Below are positions 1 through 8,270 of a DNA stretch of 12,559 nt, piece after piece. Origin of the DNA: Candidatus Aenigmatarchaeota archaeon (GTDB lineage Archaea; Aenigmatarchaeota; Aenigmatarchaeia; CG10238-14; SCSR01); the NCBI GenBank assembly GCA_039091335.1, contig JAWCME010000011.1, positions 1 to 12,559 on the forward strand, read 5' to 3'. How positions within the stretch are numbered: the stretch's first letter is position 1; the number at the start of each line of letters is the position of its first letter. A program made the translations under genes and the position numbers. The notes beneath the pieces are model-generated. The model did not search any database. It was not told where the DNA came from and saw nothing but the letters and a program-made list of their open reading frames with translations.

Positions 1-325
1 CCCGTTCTAACAACTTTTCGGCCCTCTGCTCCTTTCTAAAGAAATTCATCTTTTCTTTTTCATCTTGTTTGCTTACTCTTTTCAAGCTTAAATTTACAAA
101 ATTTTTCTGATAATCAACTTTTATAACTTTTGCTACATACTGCTTGTTGATTTTGATAAAGTCACGAATGTCATGAACCCATTTTCCAGCAACCTCGGAA
201 ACATGAATCATTCCTTCAACTCCAGGATATTCGATAAGCTTACACCAAGCAGCATAAGGGCTGAGCTTTTCAACCGTAACCAAAACAAGTTCACTCCATT
301 TTGGCAGCCCCCTCTTCCTTACCAT
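1..325 (-). CDS. eif2a: Translation initiation factor aIF2 subunit alpha, N-terminal S1 domain (runs off the window edge; missing from the ORF track)
   Basis: Manual translation from ATG at 325: MVRKRGLPKWSELVLVTVEKLSPYAAWCKLIEYPGVEGMIHVSEVAGKWVHDIRDFIK...VIKVDYQKNFVNLSLKRV...RAEKLLE. The EGxIHxSE and LSLKRV motifs match aIF2-alpha. Confidence 0.95.
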   Translation of the reverse strand, partial: MVRKRGLPKWSELVLVTVEKLSPYAAWCKLIEYPGVEGMIHVSEVAGKWVHDIRDFIKINKQYVAKVIKVDYQKNFVNLSLKRVSKQDEKEKMNFFRKEQRAEKLLER

Positions 326-379
326 ACTAATACTAAATAGGGTAAAACAATTAAATTTTGCTGTTTTTAAAAACAAGAA

Positions 380-1240
380 TCAAAGATAGAGTGATTTTAA
401 CAAATTCTGTTTTAAAGCTCTTGGTAATTTGGATATTTCCTTATTTTTATAGTGAGATAGCAGTTGAGAGAAAAACAATTTAGGAGTCAATTTTCTGGTA
501 TTCAGTTGAGGATAGACAAACCCTCTTTTAATTGATTTTATTGGGTCATCTCCCGTCAAGCTATAAGCTGTTCCAACAAATTCTGGAGAATGGCTATCGC
601 TATTACCAAGCATAGGAAGCCCGTATTTTCTACAAACCAAAAAAGCTTTCTTGATTGGACTGATGGAAATTCTCCTAAACTTTGGATAGTGGTAGAACAA
701 GCTGAACGACCCATTCAAAACCTCTATTGCATCTACTCTTGAAAAGAAATCTTTGTACTTTTCTCTCAAATTCAATTTTTCATCGAAAAGAGACCAACCC
801 ATACAAAGGTTTGTTTCATTGTCAATAAAAGAGATAAGATGATTGAACGGATGGGGTAAAAAAACTATTGCTCCATGCTCTTTAGCATTATCAACCCTTT
901 CCATAAAGCTTGAATCATAAACATGTTTTTCTGTGTGCTCTATGCTTTCCGGCTCCACATCTTGTGGATATACTATTACCAACTCTCCATCTTCCGTGTA
1001 GATTTCTTCGGCTGGGAAAAAATCAATTGGTATAGGGTATTTTCTGAGGACACTCTCCAAATATTTTATCATTTTGTAGGATTTTTTGGCGTTTTCTGTG
1101 GTGATTGCTACGGCATGATTACCCTCTTTTAAGTGTTGTAAAGCTGTTTTTAAAAGGTCCCCCTTGTAAATTTCTACGTCTCTTCCTTTCCACTTATATT
1201 CGATTATTCCGACATGGGAGTGAAGGTCTACTCTAATCAT
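380..1240 (-). CDS. PHP-domain metal-dependent phosphoesterase (286 aa)
   Basis: PHP motifs DLHSH, AEEIYT, PHPF, DAIEVLNG and GNSDSH. Start reassigned to ATG at 1240 (MIRVDLHSH) because the longer ORF overlaps the divergent gene at 1293. Confidence 0.85.
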   Translation of the reverse strand: MIRVDLHSHVGIIEYKWKGRDVEIYKGDLLKTALQHLKEGNHAVAITTENAKKSYKMIKYLESVLRKYPIPIDFFPAEEIYTEDGELVIVYPQDVEPESIEHTEKHVYDSSFMERVDNAKEHGAIVFLPHPFNHLISFIDNETNLCMGWSLFDEKLNLREKYKDFFSRVDAIEVLNGSFSLFYHYPKFRRISISPIKKAFLVCRKYGLPMLGNSDSHSPEFVGTAYSLTGDDPIKSIKRGFVYPQLNTRKLTPKLFFSQLLSHYKNKEISKLPRALKQNLLKSLYL

Positions 1241-1254
1241 GATTATCAAATAAT

Positions 1255-1284
1255 CAGTAAAACATTTATAATTTAAACAACACC
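1255..1284. promoter_or_regulatory. Probable shared bidirectional TATA promoter between the PHP gene and the 1293 ORF
   Basis: TTTATAATTTAAA lies in the middle of a 52-nt gap between two divergent ATGs. No SD sequences are present, consistent with leaderless transcripts. Confidence 0.55.
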
Positions 1285-1292
1285 CTTGAAAT

Positions 1293-1754
1293 ATGAAATT
1301 AGAGAGAGCCCTCAGAATTAAATCTATAACTCTTCTGCCAACGAAAAGGTATGTCATTAAAGCAGATTTTTCTACATTAAATTTTGATGAAGAATCATTA
1401 AACAACTTTGGAATAACTTTGGATGAGGGTTGTGTGGGCAAGTATTTAATAGTTTACTTGGAAGATATTCAAAAACACCCACAAACTCCATATGAACTTT
1501 TAATTTTTCAAATCACCAATAGGTTGTATGGATCAGAATTTTTGGATAAGCCGAGTGTAATTTCAAATACTCATAGGTTAGTTCGTCTCGGGTCAAGGAT
1601 TCCGAAAGGTTTTCCTTCTTTTGATTTGATTCTTGAGCTAACGGAAGAGAAATATCAAGAGATACGAAAACTACCAGAAAATGCGGTTTTGCTACTCAAG
1701 CAATTGAAAATAGAAGACTCACCTATTAATATATTAGAGGAACTTGAAGTATAA
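1293..1754 (+). CDS. Hypothetical protein (153 aa)
   Basis: ATG-started ORF with protein-like composition filling the gap. No family recognised. Confidence 0.75.
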   Translation: MKLERALRIKSITLLPTKRYVIKADFSTLNFDEESLNNFGITLDEGCVGKYLIVYLEDIQKHPQTPYELLIFQITNRLYGSEFLDKPSVISNTHRLVRLGSRIPKGFPSFDLILELTEEKYQEIRKLPENAVLLLKQLKIEDSPINILEELEV

Positions 1755-1828
1755 AAAAGTAAATGATTTAAGAGACTATCACACGGATGAAGTAAAGTTA
1801 ATCTTATAAAAACGGTAAACATATTGGT

Positions 1829-2125
1829 CTACATTAGCATATTTTTCTGGTTCATAGTGTAATCGTCTATCCTTAAATTTTTTTTCACTTCTCCCTTTGG
1901 AGAAATTAACAATGGTCTTGATTCTGTTAATGCTAATGCAACTTTCTCTCTAGCACTTTCCAACAGCCTCCATACTGTCCCACGAGAAGTTTTCATTCCT
2001 TCTGCAATTTGTTCTTGCGTTAGCTTTTCCATATCACTAAGTCTAAAAACCTCACATTCAGGATATATCAGTTCTATTGGTTCTGTGTTCTGTACAGGAT
2101 TTGGAATGAATCTTTTCCCAAAAAT
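1829..2125 (-). pseudogene. 5'-truncated DUF134 (UPF0251) DNA-binding protein remnant
   Basis: The frame reads KRFIPNPVQNTEPIELIYPECEVFRLSDMEKLTQEQIAEGMKTSRGTVWRLLESAREKVALAL, typical of DUF134. An in-frame TAA lies at 2126-2128, with no ATG/GTG/TTG before the internal Met at 2032. The basic N-terminus is absent. Confidence 0.7.
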
Positions 2126-2233
2126 TTAGCCAAAGCCTTCAATATTCATATGTACTTCCAATAGTACCAGAAGAAAGAACTTCGGCTTGAACTGCTTTTC
2201 TTGATTATTAGAAAACACGCTATTGGCAATACT

Positions 2234-2599
2234 TTAAGAACCTGTTTCTTCTTTTTGGTAGGAACCTTTCAACTGTTCAATTTTTTTGAGTTGAGGAGAA
2301 ATCTGCCTTAACTGATCTAAATTAATTTTTGATAAATAAATTTTTTCTCTTGGGTCTAAATTCTCTCCAATTTGATATTGTTCACAAACACCAGGCATAA
2401 CGCGAAGGAATACTGGCTTTAAAAAATCTACAAGGTTTTTTCTTTTCAAATCAGAGAGCATTTTCCTTATATGAGCTTCACTAACATCCAGTTCTTTGGC
2501 TAATTGTTTCACTGTTGCCATTTTGTACTTAGTGTTTAGTAAATAAAGTATCAATGTTTCCATAGGATTGATATTTTCTTCATTATGGTATCCTGTCAT
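2234..2599 (-). CDS. Winged helix-turn-helix DNA-binding protein (paralog 1)
   Basis: HTH pattern ATVKQLAKELDVSEAHIRKMLSDLKRKNLV. Clearly similar to the 11983..12357 ORF. Confidence 0.85.
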   Translation of the reverse strand: MTGYHNEENINPMETLILYLLNTKYKMATVKQLAKELDVSEAHIRKMLSDLKRKNLVDFLKPVFLRVMPGVCEQYQIGENLDPREKIYLSKINLDQLRQISPQLKKIEQLKGSYQKEETGS

Positions 2600-2622
2600 T
2601 GTATCATTTTAACTATAAATTT

Positions 2623-2664
2623 AAAACTTTTAAAGTTTTCGGCCAATTGGTAACAATGCTGTTA
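2623..2664 (-). promoter_or_regulatory. Palindromic BRE/TATA of wHTH paralog 1 with adjacent inverted repeats
   Basis: AAAACTTT-T-AAAGTTTT (2623-2639), CCAATTGG (2643-2650) and TAACA-N4-TGTTA (2651-2664). Confidence 0.5.
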
Positions 2665-3074
2665 TACTATGTAAAATTGAAAAAGTAAGAATTTCATCTA
2701 TACATATTTGGTTGAATTAGCCTGTAGGGTCTGAATGTAAATCAAGAGTTCGGTTCGAGAGGGTAAGGTTTGAATCCGATTTGAACTGTCTTTTGGTTTC
2801 CTAAGGATGGTGGTATGAAAACGTAACTTTTTATAAAACAAGAGTAACAAGCTTCAAAGAAAACAATCCCTTAATAATTGTTAAAATAGAAACTCTAGGA
2901 AAACAAGAAGGAGATTATTAAATGAACACTCTTAAGTTTTTCACTAAAAACTTAGGTTTTAATACTTTTCTGTTTTAATTGTTATTATGAAGTGGTTAAA
3001 ACGGTCTTTGATAGAAAACATCTGTATGACCTTAAAGGAGAAATAGGAAAATTAAATTTTGTTAGGGTTATTAT

Positions 3075-4487
3075 ATGAGCGATAGAGTTGTCCTGATAGA
3101 TCAAAACAAATTTATAGAATCGATAGAGGGAATAGGAGCGGTAACTATGTTCTTTCCTTCTCCGGGACTTCATATGGTGAAAAGATATCTAGAAGAAAAA
3201 GGTATAAAAACAACAATAATCTATACTCCCAAATACGGTCATGGGCTAGATTCTTTGGTTGAGCTTGCTTTAAGATTGTTTAATCCAGATTACATAGGTT
3301 TAACAACTCATTTTTCTGGATCCGACATTCTTAGAGTCTCACAAAAATTGAAAAGAGAAGATGTAAGAACAGTTTTAGGTGGGCAAGAAGCTTACCATTG
3401 GTTTTTGTATCACTCCTATCGTTACCCTACACTTCCTTATATTTACAGTGTTAGTGGAAAAAGTCTGGCAAATTTTATCAGAAAAGGGGAAATGGATGGT
3501 ATAGGAATTAAGGAAAGCGGAGAGTTAAAAGGAAACCCGAGATTACCTTCTACAAGTGACTTAAGTATACCAGATTATTCTACTGAGAATGTTTTTATTC
3601 ATATTGGTGGAAAATCTATCGAACAAATTTCAAATTCCATTAGTAGTAAGAAAACCGAGATTATTTATCCAGTTGTCGCTTCTTATGGGTGCACTGGTAA
3701 TTGTAGTTTTTGCTCTTATTCATTTTCAGTTGAAAAGGTGGGTTTATGTGAAGAGGGGTTTGTTAGTGAACAAATTAAAAATTTAGAAATTTTGGGAGGA
3801 ACAATAGAAAGATTACTCCTTCTTGATCAAGAATTTTCTTTACATATTCCTTTTTATAGAAAATTACCTGAACTAAAAGAATACGAACTATGGACTATAA
3901 ATAGACCAATGAGTATAATTCTTGGATTACGGGAATTAGAGAAGTTTTTAAAAGATGGGTGGAGAATTTATAACTATTCGACATCTGTTGAAAATTTTCA
4001 TCCCCATGAATCAAAATTATTGAATAAACCACCAATCGACCCCGAAGATAAAGTAGAAATAATGTTAAAATTAAGACAGTTAAAATTAGAATACCCAAAT
4101 TTTGAATATAGATGGGGTAGCTATGGTTTAATTTTATTTAATCCGTGGACAACCCCCTCGAGTTTTATGTTTAACATAGAAAGCATAAACAAATTTTCTT
4201 TTTGGAAAGACTTTTTTTGCTATCCAACACTCCTTCTTAATTCTCTTTTTGTAAAAATGTACATTCCACGCCCTGAAATTTCCCCTTACAATTATAATGT
4301 TGAAGTGAGGAAAGATTGGAGAAATCTTACATTAAATTGGACGTATTTGAAGAATAGCAATATGTTTAATCTTCGTTCTTTTGTTAAATCTTGTTTAACT
4401 GGTTTAACTGAAGAAGAATTAGAAGGACTATGGTGGGAAAAACTTTATAATGAACTTAAAAAATATTTTGAGAAACAAGGCTTGTAA
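3075..4487 (+). CDS. Radical SAM protein with divergent N-terminal B12-binding-like domain (class B-like)
   Basis: CxxxCxxC in ASYGCTGNCSFCS. N-terminal SPGLHMVKRYL, PDYIGLT and VLGGQEA resemble B12-binding domain motifs. SVENF...LLNK and ILFNPWTT match the class B radical SAM layout. Confidence 0.8.
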   Translation: MSDRVVLIDQNKFIESIEGIGAVTMFFPSPGLHMVKRYLEEKGIKTTIIYTPKYGHGLDSLVELALRLFNPDYIGLTTHFSGSDILRVSQKLKREDVRTVLGGQEAYHWFLYHSYRYPTLPYIYSVSGKSLANFIRKGEMDGIGIKESGELKGNPRLPSTSDLSIPDYSTENVFIHIGGKSIEQISNSISSKKTEIIYPVVASYGCTGNCSFCSYSFSVEKVGLCEEGFVSEQIKNLEILGGTIERLLLLDQEFSLHIPFYRKLPELKEYELWTINRPMSIILGLRELEKFLKDGWRIYNYSTSVENFHPHESKLLNKPPIDPEDKVEIMLKLRQLKLEYPNFEYRWGSYGLILFNPWTTPSSFMFNIESINKFSFWKDFFCYPTLLLNSLFVKMYIPRPEISPYNYNVEVRKDWRNLTLNWTYLKNSNMFNLRSFVKSCLTGLTEEELEGLWWEKLYNELKKYFEKQGL

Positions 4488-4551
4488 ACATTCTACAAAA
4501 TTAGACCAAAAACATGATAAGTAACATATATCTGATAAAACCTTTGTTTTC

Positions 4552-4602
4552 AAAACTATTCTATTTGCCAAAAACTATTCTTATTAGAAAACAAAAACTA
4601 TT
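4552..4602 (-). terminator. Three AAAACTATT copies giving U-rich tracts downstream of tRNA-Leu
   Basis: AAAACTATT at 4552, 4571 and 4594, read as AATAGTTTT on the tRNA strand. Confidence 0.35.
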
Positions 4603-4616
4603 TAAATAAATTGAGG

Positions 4617-4701
4617 TGCAGGGGGTGGGATTCGAACCCACGAAGGCACTAAGCCATAGGGTCCTAAGCCCTACGCCATTGACCAACTAGGCGACCCCTG
4701 C
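4617..4701 (-). tRNA. tRNA-Leu(UAG), intronless
   Basis: Acceptor stem GCAGGGG/CCCCTGC, anticodon arm TAGGG-CT-TAG-GA-CCCTA, long variable arm, T arm GTGGG-TTCGAAT-CCCAC, discriminator A. CCA not encoded. Confidence 0.97.
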
Positions 4702-4761
4702 AATATTGAGATAGGTTTTTCGAAAGTATTAAATCTTGATGTTTTTTAATTTAAGGTTTAA

Positions 4762-5760
4762 ATGCTATTTATGAAAACTTTAATCAGAATACCAAGAGAC
4801 GCAGAGCTTCCTTTGATAGGTTTAATTCAAGTTGGTATAATAGACAGAGGCACCAACCTTTTACAGATAAGACCGACTTCTATTTGCAACTTGAATTGTA
4901 TCTTCTGCAGCACAGATGCAGGAGCTTTTTCAAAATATCGTGTGGCTGAATATATTGTTGATAAGCAATATTTAATAGATTGGATTAAAGAAACTGTAAA
5001 ATTCAAAGGTGAGGTTCATGCTTTTCTCGATTCGGTTGGTGAAGTTTTGACATATCCAAAAATTCTTGATTTAATTTCAGAAATTTCTCAGCTCGAGGGC
5101 ATAAAAAACGTAGCAATAGAAACAAATGGAACTTTGTTAAACGAAGAGATGATTGAAGAAATGAAAGAACTGAAGTTAGCGAGAATAAATTTGTCTTTAC
5201 ATGCTTTGGATGATGAATTGAATAAAAAACTAGTTGGACTTGAAGAGTACAACACTAAGAAAATTGTGGAATTGATAAAATACATAACAAGAAGTGGGAT
5301 AGATTTGATTTTGACCCCTGTTTGGATTCCAGGCTTGAACGACCAAGAGATTCCAAAGATTATAGAGTTTGCAAAAAAAGAAATAAAAAACAAGAAATTT
5401 CCAATTTTAGGAATCCAAAAATATGAAGCCCATAAATTCGGAAGGAAGCCAAAGGGAGTTAAACCAATTTCTTGGTTCAATTTTTACAAAAAGATAGAAA
5501 AATGGGAGGAAGAGTTTAACGTTAAGCTGAAACTCTTGCCCTCTGACTTTGGGATAAAGAAAACAAACCCGCTACCAATTCCTTTTAAAGTTGGTGAAAA
5601 GGTTTTGGCTGAAATTATGGCTATTGGCTGGATGCCAAACGAAATGATAGCAGTTGCTAGACAAAGAAGCATAACAGTTGTTAATTGTAGAGAAAGCTTG
5701 AACAAATTGATTAGGATAAAGATTTTAAGAAATTTTGACAATATCTACATTGCGAGATGA
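4762..5760 (+). CDS. Archaeal radical SAM protein with C-terminal TRAM-like domain (COG2100-like)
   Basis: GIIDRGTNLLQIRPTSICNLNCIFCSTD (CxxxCxxC), ETNG, PVWIPGLND and a beta-rich C-terminus. An alternative ATG lies at 4771. Confidence 0.9.
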   Translation: MLFMKTLIRIPRDAELPLIGLIQVGIIDRGTNLLQIRPTSICNLNCIFCSTDAGAFSKYRVAEYIVDKQYLIDWIKETVKFKGEVHAFLDSVGEVLTYPKILDLISEISQLEGIKNVAIETNGTLLNEEMIEEMKELKLARINLSLHALDDELNKKLVGLEEYNTKKIVELIKYITRSGIDLILTPVWIPGLNDQEIPKIIEFAKKEIKNKKFPILGIQKYEAHKFGRKPKGVKPISWFNFYKKIEKWEEEFNVKLKLLPSDFGIKKTNPLPIPFKVGEKVLAEIMAIGWMPNEMIAVARQRSITVVNCRESLNKLIRIKILRNFDNIYIAR

Positions 5761-6381
5761 ATGAAAAAAGAGCTTGAGCTTTTACTCTCAAAGCTTAAAC
5801 CCTTGGAAAAACCAAAAGTTAGTTTTGAGCAATACACGATACCATCTGATTTGGCGGCAGAAATTTTAAATCTTGCTTTTTTATCGGGAGACATAAAAGA
5901 TAAAACAGTAGTTGATCTTGGTTGCGGGAGTGGAAGGCTTGCTATAGGAGCAGCTCTTCTGGGTGCTAAGAAAGTTATAGGAATAGATTTAGATGAAGAT
6001 GCGATCAAACAAGCAAAGGAAAACTTGGAAATTGCTGAAAATTTAACAGGAAGAAAATTGAAAATAAATTTTGTTTGTTCAGACATAGTTAAATGGAAAG
6101 GCAAATGTGATACTGTTTTACAAAACCCACCTTTCGGGATTAAAGGAATCTACAATGACAAAATTTTTCTTGAGAAGGCTTTAGCTTCTGCTAAAAAAAT
6201 TTATTCTCTTCACAAAAACGGAAGAAAAAAAGTTAGAGACTTCATCATAAAATTTGTTTCTGATTCAGGAGGCAAGGTAGAGAACATCATAAAATTCAAG
6301 TTTTTCTTGCCCCACACCTTCAAGTTCCATAAAAAACCAAAAATAAGGTATGATGTTGACCTTTATGTGATAAACAGCTAA
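5761..6381 (+). CDS. METTL5-family (COG2263-like) SAM-dependent RNA N6-adenine methyltransferase
   Basis: EQYTIP, motif I DLGCGSG, catalytic QNPPFG and C-terminal FKFHKK. The ATG directly abuts the upstream TGA. Confidence 0.9.
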   Translation: MKKELELLLSKLKPLEKPKVSFEQYTIPSDLAAEILNLAFLSGDIKDKTVVDLGCGSGRLAIGAALLGAKKVIGIDLDEDAIKQAKENLEIAENLTGRKLKINFVCSDIVKWKGKCDTVLQNPPFGIKGIYNDKIFLEKALASAKKIYSLHKNGRKKVRDFIIKFVSDSGGKVENIIKFKFFLPHTFKFHKKPKIRYDVDLYVINS

Positions 6382-6386
6382 ATTTT

Positions 6387-6839
6387 TCATTCGGTTATTT
6401 CTGCAACAATAGCTTCATTGAGTTTTATCACATCTTCTGTTTTAAGTTCAAGTAGTTTTGTTCTTTCTCCACCCCCACCATAAATAGTCTCATACTGCAA
6501 CAATTTCTTGTCTAGAACAGTTTTCATCTTGATTTTATGATGAATCATGGGAGTTGCTCCTGGTAAATAACCAGAATAGTTAACTGCTTCCTCAAAAGGA
6601 ACTAGCCTAACTTTTTTTATTCCAAATATTTTTTTAATTTTAGGAAAGCTTAACTTAGAATTTCCAGGAATAATTGCAAGTATCGGGTTTTCATCTTGGT
6701 CCAACAAAACCAGTGATTTTGTAATTTTTCCCAATTCTATACCAGTTTTTGCAGCGGCATCTGCAGTGTGTATGGTTTCTGGTTTTTCTATGAATTTGTG
6801 CCAAATCCCTTTTTGTTTGAGATAATTTTCTAAATCCAT
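6387..6839 (-). CDS. YbaK/EbsC family aminoacyl-tRNA trans-editing protein
   Basis: HTADAAA, catalytic-type Lys in ITKSLVL, SGYLPGATP and IYGGGG. Confidence 0.92.
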   Translation of the reverse strand: MDLENYLKQKGIWHKFIEKPETIHTADAAAKTGIELGKITKSLVLLDQDENPILAIIPGNSKLSFPKIKKIFGIKKVRLVPFEEAVNYSGYLPGATPMIHHKIKMKTVLDKKLLQYETIYGGGGERTKLLELKTEDVIKLNEAIVAEITE

Positions 6840-7018
6840 AATTTTTACTTTGTAAATGCTATTAAATCTTTTTATAATTTAGATTTTTTCAGAAACTAAA
6901 CCAATTAGGATTCTTGAATAACTAACAACAGCACCCACACCAAATTATCTTTGAATTTATTCGGCAAAAACCCAACAAAAAATCTTGTTTTAAATATTTT
7001 AAAAGGTAAGAAAAACAT

Positions 7019-7699
7019 ATGGAAAAAACATCTAAACTCAATATCGACACTTTACTCTTATTTTCATTTTTGTTCATAATTTTGAGTTCATTAAACCTAT
7101 ATCCTTTAACTCTGATAGGTTGCGGGGGATTTGGAGTAGGAGGCTGTGTTTCTGCTCTAGAATTTCGTTCACTGATAACAGTTTTATTAAATGGATTCCA
7201 TTGGAAAGAATCAATTCCTGATGCTTCGCAAGAACACATAGCCAACCCCGTATTTTTATTGGTTTATCTAATTCTGGGATTGGCAATATTCAAAATTTCT
7301 CCATATCTTCTAGAAAAAATTTTGGAAAACAAGAAAAACATAATTGAATTTTTATTACCAACCAAACTGAAGCTTTTATTGTTTTTTTTAGGAGTTTTAG
7401 CGATGTCGCAACTTTGGTTTTATAGAGATATTTGGTATACTTTACCAATCTTACCCTTCTACATTTTTCAATTTTATGTATTATGTCCAATTACTTTTGG
7501 TATGTTAGTAGGAAGTGCCCAAATTTCTGACCTAGTTTATCAATTATTTTTCCAAATCCCAAAGGAGTATATCGATACTTGTATCACCTCCCCCTCTACT
7601 ATAGTTATTATGTACTTATTAGAATGGTACCTTTCTTCAGCCATAGTTGCTTCTTTTATTTCAAGTATTTTGAAGAGATGCAGAAGGTTAAAAAAATAA
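7019..7699 (+). CDS. Hypothetical multi-pass membrane protein (226 aa)
   Basis: About 5 hydrophobic segments, a CGGFGVGGC loop and an internal EFLLPTKLK segment preceding a TM helix. Confidence 0.75.
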   Translation: MEKTSKLNIDTLLLFSFLFIILSSLNLYPLTLIGCGGFGVGGCVSALEFRSLITVLLNGFHWKESIPDASQEHIANPVFLLVYLILGLAIFKISPYLLEKILENKKNIIEFLLPTKLKLLLFFLGVLAMSQLWFYRDIWYTLPILPFYIFQFYVLCPITFGMLVGSAQISDLVYQLFFQIPKEYIDTCITSPSTIVIMYLLEWYLSSAIVASFISSILKRCRRLKK

Positions 7700-7788
7700 T
7701 TTAGAAGAATAATCATAGCCTAGAAATTCAGAAGCCATCACAATTCATTAGTCTATTTCATACTAACAAAAACCCACCCAAAATTTAA

Positions 7789-7892
7789 TGCCCCCGACGG
7801 GAATTCCAGCTTAAGCCTTTGAACCCGTGTTTCAAGCCCGAGAAGCTCGCGTCCTATCAGCTTGTCAATTGACCGGGCTAGACGACGGGGGC
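7789..7892 (-). tRNA. tRNA-Glu(CUC) with two non-canonical introns (22/23 and 59/60)
   Basis: Acceptor GCCCCCG/CGGGGGC, anticodon CTC at 7840-7842, T arm ACGGG/CCCGT. Removing 7854-7867 (14 nt) and 7803-7817 (15 nt) gives a 75-nt cloverleaf. Confidence 0.93.
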
Positions 7893-7946
7893 AACTTCAT
7901 CTATTATTTTCTTTTTGAGATTAAAAAAATTTAAAACACGGGAAAC

Positions 7947-8210
7947 TTAAGCAATAATCTTATAGATAGAATCGCCTTCTCTAACCTTGTCTTTAACTTT
8001 TAAGCCAATAGCATCTCCTGCTTTTGCTTTTTTTATTTGTTGATGTTCTATTTCCATCGAGTCAACATTTTGCTGGAAGTTTGTAACACCACCCTCTATT
8101 GAAATCATATCACCTACTGACAGCTCATCTGTAAGTTCTACTACTGCCACTCCAATTTTCCCATAATAGTGGGTAACTTTCCCAACAAGCTTTTTTTCTT
8201 GGTTTGTCAT
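7947..8210 (-). CDS. Small beta-barrel protein (peptidase U32 C-terminal / translation elongation factor-like)
   Basis: VGKVTHYYGKIGVAVVEL...VGD...VDSMEIE...AKAGDAIGLKV...VREGD pattern. Confidence 0.85.
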   Translation of the reverse strand: MTNQEKKLVGKVTHYYGKIGVAVVELTDELSVGDMISIEGGVTNFQQNVDSMEIEHQQIKKAKAGDAIGLKVKDKVREGDSIYKIIA

Positions 8211-8270
8211 AATTTACCTTTAGCTGACTACTATTTAAATCTTTACATTTGAGAAGAAGTTTACCAATTT

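Noticed and set aside
1241..1441. 67-aa N-terminal extension of the PHP ORF
   Set aside because: Overlaps the divergent 1293 gene and the shared promoter. PHP domains begin just before DLHxH.
2745..2790. GGTTCGAGA / GGTTTGAATCC / GATTTGAAC cluster as a tRNA fragment or att site
   Set aside because: Only T-loop-like words, with no stems and no extended identity to the tRNA-Leu 3' end.
923..4098. Short ORFs 923..1132, 2985..3173, 3589..3786 and 3895..4098
   Set aside because: Alternative-frame or antisense shadows of the PHP and radical SAM genes, with no motifs.
5088..6104. Minus-strand ORFs 5088..5480, 5484..5741 and 5745..6104
   Set aside because: Antisense shadows of well-supported genes, rich in F/S/I as expected from A-rich coding strands.
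6922..7490. Minus-strand ORFs including one ending WCGCCC
   Set aside because: They overlap the membrane protein antisense. The Cys-rich end is intriguing but has no family, SD or promoter support.
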